From an uncultured bacterium (GTDB taxonomy: Bacteria > Patescibacteriota > Saccharimonadia > UBA4664), in contig CAVRET010000002.1 in the NCBI GenBank assembly GCA_963720265.1, positions 328,704 through 392,703 on the forward strand: a DNA stretch of 64,000 bases, read 5' to 3'. Every line of letters begins with the position of its first letter. Positions within the stretch are counted from its first letter, which is position 1. Under the pieces are notes generated by a model. The model had not been told where the DNA came from. It did no database searches and worked only from the letters and a program-made list of their open reading frames with translations. Both the position numbers and the translations under genes were made by a program. Below are positions 29,241-38,447 of this stretch, piece after piece.

Positions 29241-29588
29241 TCACACTCTCGAATGCGGAAAGAATTTCGCCACCAGCGTATAGGTGGTAAAAGAATTAAC
29301 GACCTCTTCAAGGTCAAGACGAACATGCGCCGGGATCACTGCAAAATATTTGGTTTTTGCATGTACCCTTTGGTACTCTTCCGTCGACATTAGGATCGTT
29401 TCATGGCACGCTTCATCGTCACACTCACAGTGAAAAGCCATGTTTGAATGATCTTGAAGGCGTATGTCCTTTCTGGACTGTACTACCTTTTCCATGCGTT
29501 CTTCATTAAGTATCTTGGACCCAAATTCATTGAGGATGCGCTTTTCTATAGCCACCTTCAATGCTTCCGTAGGCGATTTATCATTCAT
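29241..29588 (-). CDS. Hypothetical protein with a CECDD..C putative metal site
   Basis: FHCECDDEACHETI...EEYQRVH...FAVIPAH; resembles an actinobacterial hypothetical family. Confidence 0.6.
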   Translation of the reverse strand: MNDKSPTEALKVAIEKRILNEFGSKILNEERMEKVVQSRKDIRLQDHSNMAFHCECDDEACHETILMSTEEYQRVHAKTKYFAVIPAHVRLDLEEVVNSFTTYTLVAKFFPHSRV

Positions 29589-29859
29589 ACCAGCCTCTAC
29601 ATTGGCTAAGGGTTGGCTTAACCAGAGCATTATTACTCTGGAATGAGGGCTAGACCGAGCAGCGGCTCAAAGCTGTGAAGACCTAGTCGACATGATGCTG
29701 ACCTTCACCATCATGTTTCTAGCTGATTGCATTATGTCACCTTTGTATAGTGCTTGCCGAAAGAAAATAGAACGACATCAAATTCATCGCAACAATTGCA
29801 TACGCTAAGCAAAGTTTCTGGACAACTCAACGATAAGCACCATGAGTTTGACGTTAGAA

Positions 29860-30075
29860 CTATAATTTGCCGTTCAAGTACTTACTCGCAACACTCAATG
29901 CGAACGAAGGCAGAATAATAAACACAGTAATAATTAGGAGCTTCATCAGCATTTTGTTGAGGTCAGAGCCGTCTTTATCAACGCCGTTAGCAGGAGATGT
30001 CAGCACCGATAATATTCCGATAATGCCGAAAGCGATCGAAGCGTAGACAAATATTCGTGTAGCTAGCTTTTGCAT
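29860..30075 (-). CDS. Small two-TM membrane protein
   Basis: Two hydrophobic helices; leaderless TATACT 6 nt upstream of ATG. Confidence 0.7.
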   Translation of the reverse strand: MQKLATRIFVYASIAFGIIGILSVLTSPANGVDKDGSDLNKMLMKLLIITVFIILPSFALSVASKYLNGKL

Positions 30076-30131
30076 ATGGTAAGTATATCAAAAAGGGCCT
30101 GCGTAAGGCTCTTTTTTAAACATAAGTTCTT

Positions 30132-30206
30132 TGGCTCCGGAGGTCGGGCTCGAACCGACGACCCAACGGTTAACAGCCGTTTGCTCTACCACTGAGCTAC
30201 TCCGGA
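30132..30206 (-). tRNA. tRNA-Asn(GTT)
   Basis: Reverse complement TCCGGAGTAGCTCAGTGGTAGAGC...CTGTTAACC...GGTTCGAGCCCGACCTCCGGAGCCA; cloverleaf with encoded CCA. Confidence 0.97.
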
Positions 30207-30439
30207 ATACGAAGGCGATTATACGCGAAATCTGGGATACAGGTCAATTGGCAGCTCGCCTGGATTTTAGTCCTTAGAATTTTGCACAATATCAGATTGA
30301 GGCTACAAAAAGGATAAAACCAAACTGTCATCACGTAAAACTGAGATTTTGCTGGCCAACCCTTGGAAAAACAACCATGTACGAGACAATCAAATTAGCC
30401 CATATCTAAGGAATAAATCACGTTACAAGGAGGTTTGTT

Positions 30440-30994
30440 ATGAGTCCAGCCAACAGCCAGCTCAGAGAATTGTGGTGGCTCCTTTTGATTCGCGGTATCG
30501 CGCTCATATTATTCGGCGTGGTAGCAGTACTGTGGCCCGGTCTCACACTGGTTGGCTTGGCAGCCGCCTTTGCCATATTCTGGCTCATCACTGGGGTGAT
30601 CAACATCATTCAAGGAATAATGGGTATTGGGCGCCGCAGTCTGTGGTTTTTAACGCTCATCATTGGCCTAGCCGAACTTGGGCTGGCTGTCTATTTGCTC
30701 AAGCACCAACTGGTACTCGCAACCTTCATTGCGGTGATCGGCCTGTCGCTCATCATCTTGGGCATCATGGAGATTGTGGCGGCCTTTGAGCCGGGTGAGG
30801 ACGCGGGCAGCCGTTTCCTGGCCATTATTGGTGCGGCTCTAGCGCTCATTGCCGGCTTCGTGACGTTGCGTGAGCCGCTCTCCAGTGGTTTAGCGTTTAC
30901 CTGGGTCATCGGATTGTGGGCCTTGGTAGCTGGCGCACTGCAAGTTGCCGCTTGTTTGAGTCTGCACAGCAAGCTTGAGGCTGCCAGAGTCTAA
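30440..30994 (+). CDS. HdeD/DUF308 family membrane protein
   Basis: WWLLLIRGIALILFG..AVLWPG, six TM helices; AAGGAGG SD. Confidence 0.88.
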   Translation: MSPANSQLRELWWLLLIRGIALILFGVVAVLWPGLTLVGLAAAFAIFWLITGVINIIQGIMGIGRRSLWFLTLIIGLAELGLAVYLLKHQLVLATFIAVIGLSLIILGIMEIVAAFEPGEDAGSRFLAIIGAALALIAGFVTLREPLSSGLAFTWVIGLWALVAGALQVAACLSLHSKLEAARV

Positions 30995-30995
30995 A

Positions 30996-31028
30996 CTCAG
31001 CATGCTCTCAGCCAGATTACATTACAAT
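30996..31028 (+). promoter_or_regulatory. Candidate OmpR-type direct-repeat box plus -10 element
   Basis: CTCAG-CATGCT-CTCAG, then 11 nt, then TACAAT, then 7 nt to ATG. Confidence 0.6.
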
Positions 31029-31035
31029 GTGAGCC

Positions 31036-31713
31036 ATGAGAATTCTGGTTGTCGAAGACGAGCACAAAATTGCCGGCGCTATCAAGCGTGGGCTTGAACA
31101 AGAGTCGTATGCCGTAGACGTGGCCTACGACAGCGACGAGGGCTTAAGTTCCGCCCTCACTGATGAATATGATGTGGTCGTTCTCGACCGCATGTTGCCG
31201 GGATTACTCGACGGCGCCGACATTTGCAAAGAAGTGCGCGCCGCCGGCATTCGCACTCCCATCCTCATGCTCACGGCCAAAGATAAGGTGGCCGATCGGG
31301 TTGGGGGACTCAACGCCGGCGCCGACGACTACCTCATTAAGCCGTTTGCCTTCGAAGAGCTGTTGGCCAGAATTCGCGCGCTGCTGCGCCGTCCCCAAGA
31401 TACAGTCGGCGACGTCCTGCAAATTGATGACCTCACGCTCAACACTCAAACCTACGAGGTGAAGCGCCAGAATCGCAAAATTCAGCTCTCGCAGCGCGAA
31501 TACGCTTTGCTCGAGTACCTGCTGCGCAACCAAAACCGCATCCTCTCCAAAAATAACATTATCGGCCATGTCTGGGACTACGACGCCGACATCCTGCCCA
31601 ATACCCTGGAAGTATACATCGGCTATTTGCGTGCTAAGATTGAGCGGCCGTTTTCCGGACCTGAGCTTATTCACACCGTGCGCGGCTTCGGGTATAAAGT
31701 CAGTATTGAATAA
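31036..31713 (+). CDS. OmpR/PhoB-family response regulator
   Basis: VVEDE, LDRMLP, GADDYLIKPF, IHTVRGFGY. Confidence 0.95.
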   Translation: MRILVVEDEHKIAGAIKRGLEQESYAVDVAYDSDEGLSSALTDEYDVVVLDRMLPGLLDGADICKEVRAAGIRTPILMLTAKDKVADRVGGLNAGADDYLIKPFAFEELLARIRALLRRPQDTVGDVLQIDDLTLNTQTYEVKRQNRKIQLSQREYALLEYLLRNQNRILSKNNIIGHVWDYDADILPNTLEVYIGYLRAKIERPFSGPELIHTVRGFGYKVSIE

Positions 31714-31728
31714 CTCAGGTTCCAGAAG

Positions 31729-32811
31729 GTGATTGAATCGGCCACGCTTAAACTGACGTTGTGGTACCTCGCCATTATTATGGCGATTAGTTTGGTGTTT
31801 AGTTTTGCCCTGTACCGTGAATCCATGGGCCAGCTCAACGACCAGGCCAACCGGCAGCGCACAGCCATCGAACGCTACATGCCACCGCCGGGTCTCGACC
31901 CACAAGACGACCAAATCTCTCAATATCTCGAAAATCAGCTCAACAAAGAGCTTGATGCCGCCCAACGCAAACTCTTGTTCCGACTCGGCACACTCGATCT
32001 CGTAACTCTAGTGCTTGGCGCCGCGGCTTCATACCTGCTCGCCGGCCGCACCCTCAAGCCAATCGAAGATTCGCTTGAAGCCCAAGGCCGCTTCACTGCC
32101 GATGCCTCGCACGAACTCCGCACGCCGCTCACGGCCATGCGCACAGAAATTGAAGTCGCACTGCGCGAGCACGAACTGTCACCGGGCGACGCCCGCGAGC
32201 TCCTATCCTCGAATCTCGAAGAAATCGCCAAGCTTGAGCAACTCTCGGCCGGCCTGCTCAGGCTCGCCCGCACGGAAAAAAGTCTTGATCCCACGGTCAT
32301 CAAGTCAGTGCCGGTCGGGGAACTATTCGAAGCCGCCGCCGCCCGGCTCCAGTCGCAACTTAAGGCTCATCATATTAAACTTACGACCGAAACCGGCGAC
32401 GAAACCGTCTCCGGCGACCGCGACAGCCTCGTTGAACTGATCGTGATTTTGCTAGATAACGCTATTAAATACAGCCCGGAGGGCGCCGGCGTAACCCTAC
32501 GAGCAGCCGGCGGCAATCAGAACGTAACTCTGGCTGTTATTGATGAGGGCATGGGCATCAAAGCCACGGACATCCCTCACATTTTTGACCGCTTCTACCG
32601 CGCCGACCGCTCTCGCAGCCGCGAGCACGAACGCGTCGGCGGCTATGGCCTTGGCCTGTCAATTGCTAAGCGCATCGTCGATGTTCATCACGGCACGATC
32701 AGTGTTAATAGTAAGCCTAATCACGGCACTACCTTTACCATCAAACTCCCAAACACCTATGAGCCGGCCAAACCGCCTTTTCTAAGCCTCATCTCAGAAC
32801 TCAAGCGTTAA
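31729..32811 (+). CDS. Sensor histidine kinase
   Basis: Two TM helices, ASHELRTPL, DNAIKYS, DEGMGI, FDRFYR, GYGLGLSI. Confidence 0.95.
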   Translation: MIESATLKLTLWYLAIIMAISLVFSFALYRESMGQLNDQANRQRTAIERYMPPPGLDPQDDQISQYLENQLNKELDAAQRKLLFRLGTLDLVTLVLGAAASYLLAGRTLKPIEDSLEAQGRFTADASHELRTPLTAMRTEIEVALREHELSPGDARELLSSNLEEIAKLEQLSAGLLRLARTEKSLDPTVIKSVPVGELFEAAAARLQSQLKAHHIKLTTETGDETVSGDRDSLVELIVILLDNAIKYSPEGAGVTLRAAGGNQNVTLAVIDEGMGIKATDIPHIFDRFYRADRSRSREHERVGGYGLGLSIAKRIVDVHHGTISVNSKPNHGTTFTIKLPNTYEPAKPPFLSLISELKR

Positions 32812-32820
32812 ATTACCTCC

Positions 32821-34236
32821 ATGAGTGCAATAACACGTGGTGCGCGTAGCGTATTCCGCAATTCAATTAGAACGTCTGGAGTCACAATAATTCTTGGCCT
32901 CAGCATCGGGCTAGCCCTGGTCATGCTGCTGGCTCTTAAAACTGTCCAGTCCCGCATTAATAGTGTGAAATCGTCTATCGACAACACCGTGAGTATTTCG
33001 CCGGCCGGCTTTAGCGCCTTTAGCACGGCCAACAATGCTCTGTCCACAACCGACCTCGACAAAGTGTCGTCCTTGCCGCACGTCACGAACGTCACCCAAA
33101 CACTCACTGGCCGCCTCACTACCATCGGCAGCACAACACCGAGTTTTGGCAACCAAACCCAAAACTCAAGCGCCACGACCAGCCTTACCTCACCGGTCAA
33201 ACTCAACACGAACGGGGGTTCCGGCAGTGGTAGCGGCGGTGGGGGACGCGTCTTCTTCGAAGGCGGCGGCACGCTGCCGGCCAACTTCAGCCTGCCCATT
33301 AGCATCGTCGGCACCAACAACCCCTTAAGCCTCAACGGCACCAGCTTGAGCATCACGAGCGGTGCTACCATCGACGGCAGCAAAGACACTGATAACGCGC
33401 TCATCAGCGCCGACATGGCCTCCAAAAATAATCTCAAAGTCGGCCAAACCTTCACTGCTTACGCAACCAAGCTCACCGTTGCCGGTATCTTCAGCTCAAG
33501 CAGCCAAGGAGCGAGCAATAACGTGATTGTGGCACTGCCCACTGAGCAGCGCCTCAGCGGTCAGGCCGGCGACGTCACCAGCGCCACAGCCACCATCGAT
33601 TCCGTCGACAACTTAAGCTCGGCTACGACAGCCATTAAAAACACGCTGGGCTCCAGCGCCGACGTTGAGAACTCGCAACAGCAGGTCAACAGCGCCATTC
33701 AGCCACTCGAAAACATTAAGACCATCTCAACCTATAGCCTCATCGGCGCCCTCGTGGCCGGCGGGATCATCATCTTCCTCACCATGCTCATGATTGTGCG
33801 CGAACGGCGCCGCGAGATCGGCGTGCTCAAGGCCATCGGCGCTTCCAACTACAAGATCGTTGTCCAGTTCGTGTCCGAAGCGCTCACGCTCACACTATTT
33901 GGTGCTGTGCTCGGTATGGTCGCCGGCCTCGCGCTCTCCAACCCAATCCTAAAAATGCTGGTCACCTCGAGCACAACTACCACAACCACTACCGGCGGTG
34001 CAGGCGGCTCCCGTGGTGGTGGTGGTTTTGCTGGTGCTGCCGGCGCGGCCGGCCGTGGCTTTGCCCGCGCTCTTGGTGGCGGCGGCCGCGACCTCGCCAA
34101 TCTTCACGCCGCCGTCGGCTACGACCTGCTGCTCTACGGCCTCGCCGCCGCGTTCGTCATTGCGGTTATTGGCAGCGCCTTGCCGGCCTGGTTAATTGCC
34201 CGGGTCCGCCCGGCCGAAGTTCTGAGAGGAGAATAA
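32821..34236 (+). CDS. MacB/FtsX-family ABC permease
   Basis: Large Ser/Thr-rich extracytoplasmic domain, VRERRREIGVLKAIGA, RVRPAEVLR. Confidence 0.9.
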   Translation: MSAITRGARSVFRNSIRTSGVTIILGLSIGLALVMLLALKTVQSRINSVKSSIDNTVSISPAGFSAFSTANNALSTTDLDKVSSLPHVTNVTQTLTGRLTTIGSTTPSFGNQTQNSSATTSLTSPVKLNTNGGSGSGSGGGGRVFFEGGGTLPANFSLPISIVGTNNPLSLNGTSLSITSGATIDGSKDTDNALISADMASKNNLKVGQTFTAYATKLTVAGIFSSSSQGASNNVIVALPTEQRLSGQAGDVTSATATIDSVDNLSSATTAIKNTLGSSADVENSQQQVNSAIQPLENIKTISTYSLIGALVAGGIIIFLTMLMIVRERRREIGVLKAIGASNYKIVVQFVSEALTLTLFGAVLGMVAGLALSNPILKMLVTSSTTTTTTTGGAGGSRGGGGFAGAAGAAGRGFARALGGGGRDLANLHAAVGYDLLLYGLAAAFVIAVIGSALPAWLIARVRPAEVLRGE

Positions 34237-34238
34237 TC

Positions 34239-34991
34239 ATGCTTACGGTCACAAACCTCACCAAAACCTTCAAAAGCGCCGCCGGCCCGGTCACGGCCGT
34301 GAACAGCGTCAATTTCCATGTCCCGGACGGCAAGTTCGCCGCCATCATTGGCAAATCCGGCTCGGGCAAAACCACACTACTGTCATTGCTCGGCGCGCTC
34401 GACAAGCCCACGTCCGGCACCATCGACGTCTCAGGCCAGGCTATCACAAGCTTCGGCGACCGCAAACTTACCGAATACCGCCGCAGCCGGATTGGCTTTG
34501 TCTTCCAGGCCTACAACCTCATTCCCAACCTATCAGCGCTCGAAAATGTTATGCTCCCCATGGAATTTGCCGGGGAAAAGAAGCCGGCCCGCCGCGCCCG
34601 CGCGCTAGAATTGCTCGGTCAAGTCGGCATCACCGAAGAAGAGGCTGCCCGCAAACCCACCCGTTTGTCCGGCGGCCAGCAGCAACGTGTGGCCATCGCT
34701 CGCGCACTTGCCAACGAGCCCAAGCTCATCTTGGCAGACGAACCTACCGGCAACCTCGACAGTGCCACCGGCAAGGTTATCGTCAACCTCATGCACGAGC
34801 TCGCCCGCACCAAGCAAACCACCATTGTGGCCGTCACTCACGATCTCGAAATCGCCCGCCAGACCGACATCACCTTCCGCCTCGCCGATGGTCATCTTGA
34901 GTCCGGCCATGTGCCGGCCCGCCAGGCCGCGGCACCGGTCACTGCCCCAGCGACTCCGGCCCCCGTGCGTAAACGTTCGGTGGCACTATGA
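34239..34991 (+). CDS. LolD/MacB-type ABC ATPase
   Basis: [35 protein letters not shown]. Confidence 0.93.
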   Translation: MLTVTNLTKTFKSAAGPVTAVNSVNFHVPDGKFAAIIGKSGSGKTTLLSLLGALDKPTSGTIDVSGQAITSFGDRKLTEYRRSRIGFVFQAYNLIPNLSALENVMLPMEFAGEKKPARRARALELLGQVGITEEEAARKPTRLSGGQQQRVAIARALANEPKLILADEPTGNLDSATGKVIVNLMHELARTKQTTIVAVTHDLEIARQTDITFRLADGHLESGHVPARQAAAPVTAPATPAPVRKRSVAL

Positions 34992-35458
34992 AGCGTTTCG
35001 ACCTCATCATTATCGTTGTGGCCGTCGCGGTCATCGCCGCCGGCGGCGGCTTCGCGCTCGGGCACTACACGGCTGCCAAGTCGGCCAGCGCCTCAAGCAG
35101 CCAGAGCGCGAACGGCTCCGGCTCACGCGGCTCCGGCGGCGGCTTTGCCGGCAGGCGCGGCGGATTTGGCGTCCGTGGCACAGTTGCGTCAGTGAGTGGT
35201 AACACCATCATGGTCACCGGATCAAACGGCACCACCTACACCGTGAACATCAGCTCCAGCACGACATATTCCAATGGCTTCGGCTCCTCTGCTACTTCGG
35301 CCAGCCTGTCCAATGTCACTGCCGGCACTACCGTCCTCGCCGCAGGCCAAACTTCCGGAACCACTGTCACGGCCACACGCATCATTCTCAACCCGCCCAA
35401 TTTCGGCTCCGGCTCGGGCGGTTCTTCCAACGGCTCCGGCAACACCACCAGCGACTAA
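34988..35458 (+). CDS. Membrane-anchored Gly/Ser-rich protein with DUF5666-like beta domain
   Basis: TM helix, GTVASVSGNTI...TYTV...VTATRI. Confidence 0.65.
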   Translation: MKRFDLIIIVVAVAVIAAGGGFALGHYTAAKSASASSSQSANGSGSRGSGGGFAGRRGGFGVRGTVASVSGNTIMVTGSNGTTYTVNISSSTTYSNGFGSSATSASLSNVTAGTTVLAAGQTSGTTVTATRIILNPPNFGSGSGGSSNGSGNTTSD

Positions 35459-35470
35459 CTCAAACCATTC

Positions 35471-36034
35471 CTAATTCAGCGCCGTCAGCCGTTCGTATGC
35501 AATCGGCAATTCGGTAAAGCCGTCGTCGCCGCTAAAGTGCCCCATGTTATGCAGGAGTATCCCTTCTGCTCCCAACTCCTGCTTGAAGGTGGTCAAGTTT
35601 TCCACCGCCACCCACTTGTCGTTATCAGACTGAATAGCAACGAACTTGTGGCAACGGCGCTTGATCTCGCCCCACTGCAACGGAGTTGTAAAAAAGCCCG
35701 ACAATTCGCCGGAATATCCCGGCGCCGTCAGATCTGATGCAAATCCGGCCACCAGCATTGCTCCTCCAATTGCTTCTGCGCCACGCAATGTCTCTAAATA
35801 GCGCAAAATCGTGACACACCCCAAGCTATGGCCCACCAAATAAGTGTCCAGGTCCGGCCGGCCCACAATTTCTGAGAGCTCTTGAACCCACGTTCCCATC
35901 ACCGGTTGCATCGTATCCGGCATGGCCGGTACCGCAACGGCCCAGCCGTCTTGCTTCAATTTGCGCTTCAGCCACGGTAGCCATCCGGCCTCCGGCGTTC
36001 CCTCCCAACCGTGTACAATAACCGCTCGTTTCAT
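35471..36034 (-). CDS. RBBP9/YdeN-family alpha/beta hydrolase
   Basis: IVHGWEG, WLPWL, GHSLG, SDND, MGHF. Confidence 0.9.
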   Translation of the reverse strand: MKRAVIVHGWEGTPEAGWLPWLKRKLKQDGWAVAVPAMPDTMQPVMGTWVQELSEIVGRPDLDTYLVGHSLGCVTILRYLETLRGAEAIGGAMLVAGFASDLTAPGYSGELSGFFTTPLQWGEIKRRCHKFVAIQSDNDKWVAVENLTTFKQELGAEGILLHNMGHFSGDDGFTELPIAYERLTALN

Positions 36035-36099
36035 GGCTTTAAGCATAGCAAGCCGCCCCAAACTTTACAGCTGTACCCCTATCACGCTAGGCTATAGCT

Positions 36100-36639
36100 A
36101 TGACAAACCGAGTCATATTTATTATTGTGGCCGTGGTATTAGTAGCCGCCGGCCTCTATTTTCGTAGCCAAAACAGCAAATCAGCCAAAGCCCAAGTCGC
36201 TCAGATCTTAAACCTCGATACCGACGCCAGCGATACCGCCACTCCCATTGCCAATCTCAAGACATACGTTAATGGTCATATGGGGGCCTCGGCCGTCTTC
36301 ACGCTAGACGGCGCCTACCAGCGCGCCCAAACGGCCGCCGGCGCCGCCGCTGCCCAAGCCGCTGCCAACGCCCAGGTCTATGCCGCTGCCCAAGCCGCCT
36401 GCAGTGGCCACACCGATTCCATTACCCAGGCCGAATGCAACCAGCGCTATCTGAGTCAGCACCTCGTTACCGAAACCCCGGCCGGCACGTCCACGACGCC
36501 CCAATTAGTCGACTATCAGTACAACTTGCGCGCGCCGTTCTGGACCCCGGATGCAGCCGGCGCCTGTCTGCTCGGTGCCGCGTTAGCCGCAGCGGCTGCC
36601 ATTGTCACCTTCCTGCGGTCTAAACGAAAGGCAATCTGA
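36100..36639 (+). CDS. Hypothetical membrane protein
   Basis: N- and C-terminal TM helices, WTPDAAG motif, paired Cys. Confidence 0.7.
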   Translation: MTNRVIFIIVAVVLVAAGLYFRSQNSKSAKAQVAQILNLDTDASDTATPIANLKTYVNGHMGASAVFTLDGAYQRAQTAAGAAAAQAAANAQVYAAAQAACSGHTDSITQAECNQRYLSQHLVTETPAGTSTTPQLVDYQYNLRAPFWTPDAAGACLLGAALAAAAAIVTFLRSKRKAI

Positions 36640-37256
36640 TGTCAACGGTCCCATCGCTCGGCGAACGCTTCGTTAACACGGTCATCCCCACCCGCGTCCA
36701 GGTCTTAGGTGCGCTACTACTTTCACTCGTCATTCTGGTCGCCGCCCAAAGCCATGCTTTGCTCGTCGGCCTCGGCCTGCCGTCCGACATTGTCTCAGCT
36801 GGTCAAACACAGTTTAGCTCCAGGTTTGATAACGTCCTCAACTCTACGTTTGTGGCGCAGTTTGCCCTCATTACCTTCTGGGCCGTGGTTGGTCTTGTAA
36901 CCTATCTCGTCTGTTGGGGCGCCTACAATATCTTCATCGAGGCTCGCAATGAGGTGACACTCAAAACCTCCTACACTAACCGAGGCGGTAATGATCACAG
37001 CCCATATCGCATACTAGCCTTTAAGGCTGCTGCAGCCGTCGGGCTCGCGGCCACCATTGGAGCCTTGCGTTACGGGTTTGCCTTGTCGGTCGCGCTGGCT
37101 TCCCGCTTTTCAAGCAGCCCCAGCCTCAGTACCGCCGGCTGGGCCGCCTTGGCTATCGTCTGTCTGGCCGTCGAACTATACTTCATCTTTGTCTTCATCC
37201 AATTAACCTTCACGCCCTGGTATAGTGCTATCGATCAGGAAGAATCATTTACATAA
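36639..37256 (+). CDS. Hypothetical four-TM membrane protein
   Basis: Translationally coupled to the previous ORF; four hydrophobic helices. Confidence 0.7.
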   Translation: MSTVPSLGERFVNTVIPTRVQVLGALLLSLVILVAAQSHALLVGLGLPSDIVSAGQTQFSSRFDNVLNSTFVAQFALITFWAVVGLVTYLVCWGAYNIFIEARNEVTLKTSYTNRGGNDHSPYRILAFKAAAAVGLAATIGALRYGFALSVALASRFSSSPSLSTAGWAALAIVCLAVELYFIFVFIQLTFTPWYSAIDQEESFT

Positions 37257-37361
37257 GCTTGAGGTTGCGCTAAACTTCCGAAGTACATAATAAACCCGCC
37301 CCGAAGGTGGAGTGTCGTCCCGGCCGCAAAGCTTGGCGATGTTAATGTGGAGCCAAGTTAC

Positions 37362-37640
37362 GTGGCCAAGAAACTGTTCGTAGGCAATCTGCCGTACACA
37401 ACAACTAATGAGGAGCTCGGTGAGTTCTTCGCCCAGTTCGGCGAGGTCTTAAGTGCCGCCGTTATCATGGACCGGACGACCGGCCGTTCAAAGGGCTACG
37501 GCTTTGTTGAAATGACCGATGACACCGCCGCCGACGCGGCGATTACCGCCGCCGACTCTGAGGCCGGCGCTGAGCTCGATGGTCGCAAGCTGACCGTCAG
37601 CGTCGCTCGTCCCAAGGGCGACATGACCCTGGCCGCCTAA
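37362..37640 (+). CDS. RRM-domain RNA-binding protein
   Basis: RNP2 LFVGNL and RNP1 KGYGFVEM; GGAG SD before GTG 37362. Confidence 0.93.
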   Translation: MAKKLFVGNLPYTTTNEELGEFFAQFGEVLSAAVIMDRTTGRSKGYGFVEMTDDTAADAAITAADSEAGAELDGRKLTVSVARPKGDMTLAA

Positions 37641-37690
37641 TCGCGGCTGGTCGTAGCGGCCGCCCTCTCCGGTATCTACCGGAACAAATT

Positions 37691-37767
37691 GGAGCCCACC
37701 GGCTCCTTTTTGTTTGCCTTTCCTAATAAGATCTAAAAGGAGGAGCTCCTGGTGGAGCTCCTCCTTG
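37691..37767. terminator. Two hairpin terminators between convergent genes
   Basis: GGAGCC-CACC-GGCTCC followed by a T-run; AAGGAGGAGCTCC-TGGT-GGAGCTCCTCCTT. Confidence 0.7.
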
Positions 37768-37789
37768 GGTCGACCCGTAACTCTGCGAC

Positions 37790-38302
37790 TTACTTGCCGC
37801 TTGCTTGGTAATTGTCGATTGCTTGGACAACCTTACCGCTGTTCTTCAAGTTCTCCCAGAACAAAACCTGGTCTCGGCTGATGAACATCTCATCTTCCGG
37901 ACCGTGAAGCTCCCCGCCTAGTTTGGCCAACGAAACTTGCTGGTTATTGTTGCTGCTCGAGCTACTGCTGCTCGGCTGGACTGTTTGTTGAACCTGCAGG
38001 TAGTAGATGTCGGTCAGCTTCACGTAGCTTGAGTTAATATCCGCAAACTTGCCAAAGTAGACCTGGCCGTTGGTTAGGAACACAGCCTGGAATTGCTTGC
38101 TCTTCACCGCATTGTCGGCTGTTAATGCCCCGTACGCCCGGGCACCGAACCAAATGAGCACCGCTAGTGCAACGAGCCCAAACAAACCGGCAATAACCTT
38201 TGTCATTGTCGACATATCATGTGTGCGGCGGCTACTCGGCTGTGGCCGCGGTACCTGCGGCTCGGGCGCGTTATTGTCATTCACGGTCCTACGTACATCC
38301 AT
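37790..38302 (-). CDS. Conserved CPR-type membrane-anchored protein
   Basis: QAVFLTNGQVYFG...DIYYLQ...KLGGELHGPEDEM...VLFWENLK. Confidence 0.8.
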   Translation of the reverse strand: MDVRRTVNDNNAPEPQVPRPQPSSRRTHDMSTMTKVIAGLFGLVALAVLIWFGARAYGALTADNAVKSKQFQAVFLTNGQVYFGKFADINSSYVKLTDIYYLQVQQTVQPSSSSSSSNNNQQVSLAKLGGELHGPEDEMFISRDQVLFWENLKNSGKVVQAIDNYQASGK

Positions 38303-38447
38303 ATGCGAATTTGAACTCCACTCTAATTTAGCATTGAGGTTATGGTACAGGAGGGGCGCCTCAGTGTCCAGCCGATTAGCGGCCACTTTTTTGCGCCGCA
38401 GCCGTTCACACTGCTATAATCATAAGCACTATTGCAAGGTGATATTG

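Noticed and set aside
29665-29730. c-di-GMP-II riboswitch, suggested by AAGCTGTGAAG
   Set aside because: Lacks the downstream GGGCAC and GTGCAACCG pseudoknot elements
36639-37256. Four-TM protein as the missing ATP synthase subunit a
   Set aside because: No subunit-a signature (S/A-L-x-x-R-L-F-G-N with essential Arg) and separated from the cluster by two unrelated genes and terminators
38070-38447. N-terminal 126 codons of the 405-aa ORF in the track
   Set aside because: They overlap the conserved minus-strand gene 37790-38302; a -10 box (TATAAT ~38415), an AAGGTG SD and the signal peptide point to GTG 38448 as the start
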